32,000 bases of DNA. Origin: Roseovarius aestuarii. GTDB lineage: Bacteria > Pseudomonadota > Alphaproteobacteria > Rhodobacterales > Rhodobacteraceae. The notes below the pieces were generated by a model, which saw only the letters and a program-made list of their open reading frames with translations, ran no database searches and was not told the DNA's origin. This document shows, one piece after another, positions 16,418 to 22,239 of the stretch; the first letter of the stretch is position 1, and the number at the start of each line of letters is the position of its first letter. The position numbers and the translations under genes are program-made. The stretch lies in the NCBI GenBank assembly GCA_027214255.1, contig JAPWHL010000006.1:141348-173347 (forward strand), in the 5' to 3' direction.

Positions 16418-18052
16418 CTACTGAGCGCCGTTTGCCGCGGCAGCAGCTGCTTTTGCCTGTTCTTTCTCGGCCAGCGCCTGCTCTGCTTCGATATCGATGG
16501 CTCGCTGGCGGTTGGCGATGATGCGCAGACGTTCCAGCCATGGGTTCTGGGCAAGAACTTCGGCATCCTTGTCGAGATACTTCAGGACCTTTTCCCAGTC
16601 GCGAACTTTGAGGCCTTCGAACATTTTCCGCCAGCGCGAGTAACGCAGGAAATCGTGACGCACGACTTCGACGTTAGGTGCGTCCGTGTAAACGTCAAAC
16701 AGCGAGTAAGGGACGCGCCATTCCGTGCCATAGTTCCATTCCAGATACTTTTCGGTCTCTGCGGGGATCATGAACTCGGTGCCATCAACCTCATAGGGTT
16801 TCAGTTCGAACTCAGGGTGCCACCAACGGGCCACTGTTCCTGCGTGCCACTGACGGTCGCCTTCTTTGAAGTAGGGGAACACATCAATCCATACGCCATT
16901 GCGGTGAATGGCACGAATACGGTCGGCGTGATCGTCAACGCGTTTGATCTGGAAATTGCCGCTGTCACGCAGCAGGGTTTCAATTGCAGGACGATCCCAG
17001 TCTTTTTCAAAGACCCCGCAATCGACATCCTTGTCCCCAACCAGAAGTTGACCGTCTCGGATATAGCCCAGAACGGTGCCAGCCATCAGGAAGAATGGCA
17101 CGTTGCCTGCTTCCAGAGCGCTTTTGAAATCTTTCAGGCAGGTTTCGCCTTTGCCACCGGCCAAATCGTTGGATTTTGCCTTGATGACCTTGGCAATCGG
17201 CGCGTCGATGCCGTTTTTGGCAACCTGCGCGGTCAGGGTCTGTGTTTGGGTCGCAATCAGGCGACGATAGATGCTGTAGGCCAGTTCGAAATCATCAACC
17301 AATGTCGCAGATTTGGCCACAGCACGTTCAATCGCATCGCTCAACTTCTTGGTGGCCAGCAGGTTACGCCAGCGGATGGCCAAGGCATCGTGATGCTCGG
17401 GCTTTTCGACCAGAGCGGCGTAATCCCACCACAATTGCCAAGCGGCCGGTTCACGGTCGATGGCCGCCAGCAGCAAGGCGCGGGCGCTGTCGCCTTGACC
17501 GGCACCATCCAGCGCCTCGGCCCAGTTGCGGCGGCGCGTGCGGTCGTATCCGGCAATCGCTTCCGCCTCGCCGAACAACATCGCGGCCTCGGCGGGGTCG
17601 TTTTGACGTAGGCGGCATGTTCCCAGCAACGTCAGGCATGGCGCGTCCAGCGGTTCTTCGGCCAAATAGGGGCGCAACAGACTTTCGACGCGTTCAAATT
17701 TACCTTCCTCCAATGCCTGCTTGTAAAGCGACATGTAAGGGTTTTTCACCTTGTTGCGGTTCGCTGCGGCGGCCTTGGCGGCGGCGGCTTTTTTCGTTGC
17801 GGCTGTTTTGGCAGCGGCTGCTTTTTTGGCAGCGGCGGTTTTGGCGGCAGCGGCCTTTTTAGCAGCAGCGGCTTTCTTGGCAGCGGCTGTTTTGGCAGCG
17901 GCTGTTTTGGCGGCTGTTGTGCTCATACTCGGTGCTTTCGTTGCGGATGTCGGTTTTTTTGCTGTGGCGGCTGTTTTTGAAGCGCTTTTGCGAGGTTGTG
18001 TTCCTGCAAGTTCGCGACCAACCCGCCCCTTTATTCTGGACATTAAACTCAT
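16418..18052 (-). CDS. LicD-family phosphotransferase with an N-terminal Ala/Lys-rich basic repeat region and a helical (TPR-like) middle region
   Basis: LicD core PFFLMAGTVLGYIRDGQLLVGDKDVDCGVF and KYLEWNYGTEWRVPYSLFD in the C-terminal half. The N-terminus carries AAKTAAAKTAAAKKAAAAKKAAAAKTAAAKKAAAAKTAATKKAAAAKAAAA. The true start could lie further in (for example Met43). Confidence 0.7.
   Translation of the reverse strand: MSLMSRIKGRVGRELAGTQPRKSASKTAATAKKPTSATKAPSMSTTAAKTAAAKTAAAKKAAAAKKAAAAKTAAAKKAAAAKTAATKKAAAAKAAAANRNKVKNPYMSLYKQALEEGKFERVESLLRPYLAEEPLDAPCLTLLGTCRLRQNDPAEAAMLFGEAEAIAGYDRTRRRNWAEALDGAGQGDSARALLLAAIDREPAAWQLWWDYAALVEKPEHHDALAIRWRNLLATKKLSDAIERAVAKSATLVDDFELAYSIYRRLIATQTQTLTAQVAKNGIDAPIAKVIKAKSNDLAGGKGETCLKDFKSALEAGNVPFFLMAGTVLGYIRDGQLLVGDKDVDCGVFEKDWDRPAIETLLRDSGNFQIKRVDDHADRIRAIHRNGVWIDVFPYFKEGDRQWHAGTVARWWHPEFELKPYEVDGTEFMIPAETEKYLEWNYGTEWRVPYSLFDVYTDAPNVEVVRHDFLRYSRWRKMFEGLKVRDWEKVLKYLDKDAEVLAQNPWLERLRIIANRQRAIDIEAEQALAEKEQAKAAAAAANGAQ
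17762..17914 (-). repeat. Degenerate 15-18-nt tandem repeats encoding (K[KT]AAA[A])n inside the LicD gene
   Basis: About nine successive KTAAA/KKAAAA units (residues about 47-97). On the plus strand this reads as gcggc(t/g)g(c/t)ttt(t)ttggca-type iterations. It also generates a spurious Ala/Val/Leu-rich ORF on the plus strand (17751..18065). Confidence 0.8.
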
Positions 18053-18090
18053 GTTTGGTGCCTAACTCTTCTCGGTCTTAAAATGTCGCG

Positions 18091-19224
18091 TTAAATGCGA
18101 AAGATGCGGGACATGGCAGTGTCATCTAGCCCCACTGGATTATTGGACATCCGCTGCATGTTCACCTGTTGTGACAAAAAGCGGCGTTGTTCGGGCGTGT
18201 CCGCGCCCAATTTCTCCATATCAGGTTCGGTCCCGATCTTTATCATGAAATCGCGCAGAACCTGCGTGGCTTCGTCGGGGGAGCCCGCATTTAGCATAGG
18301 AAGTAGGCGATCCATGATGGCGCGCACATGCGCCGGGCCACGGGGATCCGTGATCTGATCATCCGTTGCGGCGGCGTGAATGCCTACGATTTCGGGCAGG
18401 GTCAGCCAAACTGCGTGTCCGTGGGGCACATCATGATGGCCCGTCAATCCATAGGCCCACGCATGGGCGGCTGTGGTTTTCGAGATGTTTATCGCACGCC
18501 CGGCAAGGTTGGCGGAAACGATCATGTCCTGAAACGCCTGATCGTCAGCCGATTTTGCCACGACAGCGGGTAAGTGGCGCATCACCTTTTCGATGGATTC
18601 CCACGAATATTCGCGGCTTTCCTCGGTCGAGCCTGCGGCCCATGCACTTTCTATGGCCTGTGCCAGCGCGTCCAGACCGTTACACGCCCGCTGATAGGGC
18701 GTGGACGAGGCAAGAAGGCTGCCATCGAGAATGATTTCTTCGGGCAACAACAATTGCGAGGCCAGCGAATATTTGTCCTTGCCGATATAGACCACGGCAA
18801 AATGGGTCGCCTCCGAGCCGGACCCGGCCGTTGTCGGAACGGCGATCAGGGGCAGGCCGGGATCGGTCATCTGAAGCTCACCCTTGGCCAATGCGTGTGA
18901 TTGGCTGGGGTCGGCATAAAATGCCTTGATCAGTTTGGCCATGTCCATCGGGCTACCGCCGCCGACCGCCAGAATGAGGTCAACACCCTCTGCGCGTGCA
19001 AGGGCAGTGCCGCGCTCGGCGTCTTCGATCTTGGGGTTCACCGCAAAATCGCTGAACCGCACAACGCTGCCGTCCTCAAAAATCGGATCAATCACCGCTG
19101 CTGCGCCGCAGGCGGCATAGGATGCCTTGCCTGTCACCAGTAACGTTTTCTTAGCGTTGTATTTTTTCAAAAGCTGAGGCAGCTCGCTCAGGCTGCCAAT
19201 CCCGCTCGTGTAATTTGGTGTCAT
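18091..19224 (-). CDS. Iron-containing (group III) alcohol dehydrogenase; probable phosphonoacetaldehyde reductase
   Basis: Fe-ADH motifs GGGSPMDMAK and PLIAVPTTAGSGSE plus His-rich metal ligands (AHAWAY...HDVPHGHAV). The function is inferred from position directly downstream of ppd. ATG 19224 (MTPNYTSG) is preferred, with GGGGGGA about 8 nt upstream; the ORF track starts at 19245. Confidence 0.7.
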   Translation of the reverse strand: MTPNYTSGIGSLSELPQLLKKYNAKKTLLVTGKASYAACGAAAVIDPIFEDGSVVRFSDFAVNPKIEDAERGTALARAEGVDLILAVGGGSPMDMAKLIKAFYADPSQSHALAKGELQMTDPGLPLIAVPTTAGSGSEATHFAVVYIGKDKYSLASQLLLPEEIILDGSLLASSTPYQRACNGLDALAQAIESAWAAGSTEESREYSWESIEKVMRHLPAVVAKSADDQAFQDMIVSANLAGRAINISKTTAAHAWAYGLTGHHDVPHGHAVWLTLPEIVGIHAAATDDQITDPRGPAHVRAIMDRLLPMLNAGSPDEATQVLRDFMIKIGTEPDMEKLGADTPEQRRFLSQQVNMQRMSNNPVGLDDTAMSRIFRI

Positions 19225-19297
19225 CGCGTGTGTCCCCCCACGCATAAATTTTTAAGGTGCGGCCCCGGCGATCATTCAAACGCCGGGGCCGTATCTT

Positions 19298-20434
19298 TTA
19301 ACCGCGCAAGCGGGCCATAAAGTTTGCCTTGTTTTCGGCAGGTGTTTCTTTTGGCCGCCCCAGATCGCTGCGCGATCCGGTATTTACGCGTACTTCTAGA
19401 AAACGACGGCCGGGCAGGGCGGTCAGACGCGCTACTTCTGAGGCAACTGCGTCTTTGTCCGTTACGGGGCCGACAATTTCATCGTATCCACAGGCGCGGG
19501 CGATATCGGTCATGGCGACGTCAAACCCGACGGTTGGCTGGCCACCGACACTGTCATGGGCACCGTTGTTCAACACAATGTGCAACAGGTTGCCGGTTTT
19601 GGACTGACCGATTGTCGCCATGCCGCCCATATGCATCAGAACCGCGCCGTCACCGTCGATGCAGGTCACGTCCTTTTCAGGGGCCGCGATGGCGATGCCC
19701 AATGCAATCTGGCTGGCGTGGCCCATACCGCCCACGGTCAGGAAGTCCGACGCGCGGTCCTGTCCTTTGAAGCCGCGCTGTTCATACAGTTCGCGGCTGA
19801 TCATACCCGTCGTGGCAACGATGGTACTGTCGCTGCGCACGGTTTCCGTGACCAGCGAAATTGCCTCTTCGCGCTCCATGATCGACGGGTCTTTTTCGCG
19901 TGCGGGGCGTTTTTGCTCGGCTTTGCCGAAGGCGCCCTTATGGACCAGAAGGACAACGGGACCGTTGCGATCACGGGCTGTGTCGGCCGCCCATTTGGCG
20001 TTCTCGGCAGCAGCGGATTCGTCACCGTCCAGCTCACGATAGGGGATTTCCATAGCGTCCAACGAGGCAGGTGTGACCCGGCCCTGTTTAACGTGCTGGG
20101 GTTCGTCCTTGACGCCGGGCTTGCCGCGCCAGCCCACGAGGATGATCATCGGCAGGCCGTAAACCTCGGGGTCTGCAATCGACAAGGCGGGGTTCACGAT
20201 GTTCCCCAACCCTGAGTTTTGCAGATAGACCATTGGCAGATCACCTGTCGCCAGATAATAGCCGGTCGCCAGACCCATGGCTGTGCCTTCGTTGGCTGCG
20301 ATCACATGTTTTTCGGCAGGCAGAGCCGCGTCAACATAGGCGCAGAACTCTTTCAGCAGGCTGTCGGGAACCCCGGCCAGAAAGCTGACGCCTTCTGCCG
20401 CGAGGGATTCATGAAAGGATTTGGGCGAGATCAT
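19298..20434 (-). CDS. ppd: Phosphonopyruvate decarboxylase (thiamine-diphosphate dependent)
   Basis: 378 aa. The N-terminus FHESLAAEGVSFLAGVPDSLLKEF is typical of Ppd/AepY. ThDP motif GDG-x25-NN (GDGAVLMHMGG...HIVLNNGAHDSVGGQ). Its ATG overlaps the pepM stop by 1 nt (TAATG, 20432-20436). Confidence 0.88.
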   Translation of the reverse strand: MISPKSFHESLAAEGVSFLAGVPDSLLKEFCAYVDAALPAEKHVIAANEGTAMGLATGYYLATGDLPMVYLQNSGLGNIVNPALSIADPEVYGLPMIILVGWRGKPGVKDEPQHVKQGRVTPASLDAMEIPYRELDGDESAAAENAKWAADTARDRNGPVVLLVHKGAFGKAEQKRPAREKDPSIMEREEAISLVTETVRSDSTIVATTGMISRELYEQRGFKGQDRASDFLTVGGMGHASQIALGIAIAAPEKDVTCIDGDGAVLMHMGGMATIGQSKTGNLLHIVLNNGAHDSVGGQPTVGFDVAMTDIARACGYDEIVGPVTDKDAVASEVARLTALPGRRFLEVRVNTGSRSDLGRPKETPAENKANFMARLRG

Positions 20435-21735
20435 TATTTCGTCCCCGGGATCAGTTCGAGGATCTCCTTGATCGGCATCATGTTCTCGTCACATTCTTTC
20501 GAACGCTGGTGCGTCAGGATCGATTTGGCCGTGTTCATCATGGCCGGATAGGCCGAGCGCAGCAGTTGGTTGGCGTAAATCACGATGTTCGCGCCATGCT
20601 CTTTCAATTCGTCCTCGGTGACGTGGTTATAGGAGGACGGCACGACAACCAGCGGCTTGCGGTTCTCCAGCTTGTTGTATTCCTTGCAGAAATCAAAGAT
20701 TTCCTGACCATCTTTGTGGCGGCTGTGGATCATGCAACCATCGGCGCCCGCTTCGATAAACGCCTTGGCGCGTTCCATCGCATGTTCAACGCTATGGCCA
20801 AGGATCAGGCTTTCCAGACGGGCGATGATCATGAAATCATCCGAATGCTGCGCGGCTTTACCGGCGCGGATCTTGTCGGAAAACTCTTCGATGCTGGCCT
20901 GCGTTTGGGCCACATCGGTGCCAAAAAGCGAGTTTTTCTTCAACCCGGTCTTATCTTCGATGATAACGGCCGAAACGCCCAGACGCTCCAATGTGCGCAC
21001 GGTAAAGACGAAGTGCTCGGTTTTGCCGCCAGTGTCGCCGTCATAGATGATCGGTTTGGTGGTGACTTCGAGAACTTCGTTCAGCGTGATCGCACGGGCG
21101 GTGGTATCGACCGCTTCGATGTCGGGCTTGCCCTTGGACGTCGAGTCGGTCAGCGAGCTGGCCCACATGCCATCAAATTCGCGGGTGCCGTTCTCGGTTT
21201 CGACCTTGGCTTTTTCGATGATCAGGCCGGACAGACCGCTGTGCAAATCGGCAAAACGCACCAGTGGTTTGGCGGCCAACATGCGGCGCAGGCTGGCGCG
21301 GCGGATGTCAGGCGTGGTGCCGATTTCCTTCATCGCCTTGTGGAATTTGGTCGACGAAATGCCCTGGGTGTAGGGAACTTCTACCAGTTTTCCGCCCCAT
21401 TCGCCCAACACGTCGATGACGCTTTGACGGACTTTGGCTTGAACGCCTGTCTGCCAGTCGTCACCGTGCACGACGATGTCGGGCTTGTAGGTGCGCAGGT
21501 TGGGGATATAGTCCAACGTTTCCTGAGGAACGACGCGTGAAACGCCCTTCAAGGCGCCAATAACGGCCCGGCGCTGTTCGAAGTCCATGAAAGGTACGCG
21601 TTTGTAGCTTGCGATGGCCTGATCGGTGAGCAGACCCACGGTGACGTCACCATGTTCAGCGGCCTGATTGATGATGTTGATGTGGCCCGGATGGATCAGG
21701 TCGGCGCTCATACCTACGTAGACGGATGCGGTCAT
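20434..21735 (-). CDS. pepM: Fusion protein: N-terminal HxGH cytidylyltransferase domain plus C-terminal phosphoenolpyruvate mutase
   Basis: The N-terminal 135 or so aa read [18 protein letters not shown]...VVHGDDW...TQGISSTKF, the TagD/ECT-type CTP-transferase fold (HxGH and RTxGISTT-like motifs). The C-terminal 290 or so aa belong to the ICL/PEP-mutase superfamily and carry [12 protein letters not shown]. That is the EDK-x5-NS motif used to separate true PEP mutases from relatives. ATG 21735 is preferred over TTG 21747. Confidence 0.88.
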   Translation of the reverse strand: MTASVYVGMSADLIHPGHINIINQAAEHGDVTVGLLTDQAIASYKRVPFMDFEQRRAVIGALKGVSRVVPQETLDYIPNLRTYKPDIVVHGDDWQTGVQAKVRQSVIDVLGEWGGKLVEVPYTQGISSTKFHKAMKEIGTTPDIRRASLRRMLAAKPLVRFADLHSGLSGLIIEKAKVETENGTREFDGMWASSLTDSTSKGKPDIEAVDTTARAITLNEVLEVTTKPIIYDGDTGGKTEHFVFTVRTLERLGVSAVIIEDKTGLKKNSLFGTDVAQTQASIEEFSDKIRAGKAAQHSDDFMIIARLESLILGHSVEHAMERAKAFIEAGADGCMIHSRHKDGQEIFDFCKEYNKLENRKPLVVVPSSYNHVTEDELKEHGANIVIYANQLLRSAYPAMMNTAKSILTHQRSKECDENMMPIKEILELIPGTK

Positions 21736-22160
21736 GTTTATTCCCAATTGTGAGTACTCAAAGTGCGTTTGTCGTGACTGTATTAAAGTTTTTACAAATC
21801 AATGTTATCATCCAAGATAGGAATGAGTTTGCTTTGGCGAACTATAAATCCACAGCCCAGACTTCCGTGCGGCTTTTAATAGAGCGGCCCTGGTTTCGCA
21901 ACCGTTTCTTCCTTGTGAAACGGGTTCGGATAGGTATCGGATGGTGGTATTTGCGTGGTATGTTGGTTCGATTTGGAAGCTGATGCTCTCAACGTCGATG
22001 TGCGCAAGTTGATTTGAATTCTGTCATTTGCTGGTCTTTTCGGTGATTTTGATTTGTTTTTTCTCATTAATGCAAGCGATTGCAGCATTAATGGAAGTGG
22101 TATTAGAAAACGGTTATCGGACGGCGGAATCCTGCCCGTCGAAGTTTAGCCGCCATTAGA

Positions 22161-22197
22161 CATTATAAAACCGCCCCCCGAAGGGGCGGCTTTTTGG
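22161..22197 (-). terminator. Rho-independent terminator downstream of the 839-aa gene (bidirectional in appearance)
   Basis: Stem CCGCCCC (22171-22177) pairs with GGGGCGG (22083+100, i.e. 22183-22189) around a 5-nt loop. On the minus strand it is followed by TTTTATAATG; on the plus strand by CTTTTT. Confidence 0.75.
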
Positions 22198-22239
22198 GTG
22201 TCTAAATTTTGTGCGGTCCTTGGTGCGCAGCCCCAAAAG

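Noticed and set aside
22021-22038. Pho box upstream of the phosphonate operon (CTGTCAT ttg CTGGTCT)
   Set aside because: Only one heptamer matches the consensus, and the second repeat matches 4 of 7 with the wrong spacing. A single CTGTCAT is expected about 4 times by chance on both strands of 32 kb.
21726-22088. Small ORFs in the AT-rich spacer (85 aa on the plus strand, 70 aa on the minus strand)
   Set aside because: They have no Shine-Dalgarno sequence and atypical composition. They overlap the pepM start and the palindromic elements, so they are more likely non-coding regulatory DNA.
11240-22200. Integrase-mediated genomic island inserted at the tmRNA gene
   Set aside because: No integrase, excisionase, transposase or att-like direct repeat of ssrA sequence was found at either edge. 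The cluster also lies upstream of the ssrA promoter, not at the tRNA-like 3' end where islands normally integrate. An accessory origin remains possible, but this mechanism is unsupported.
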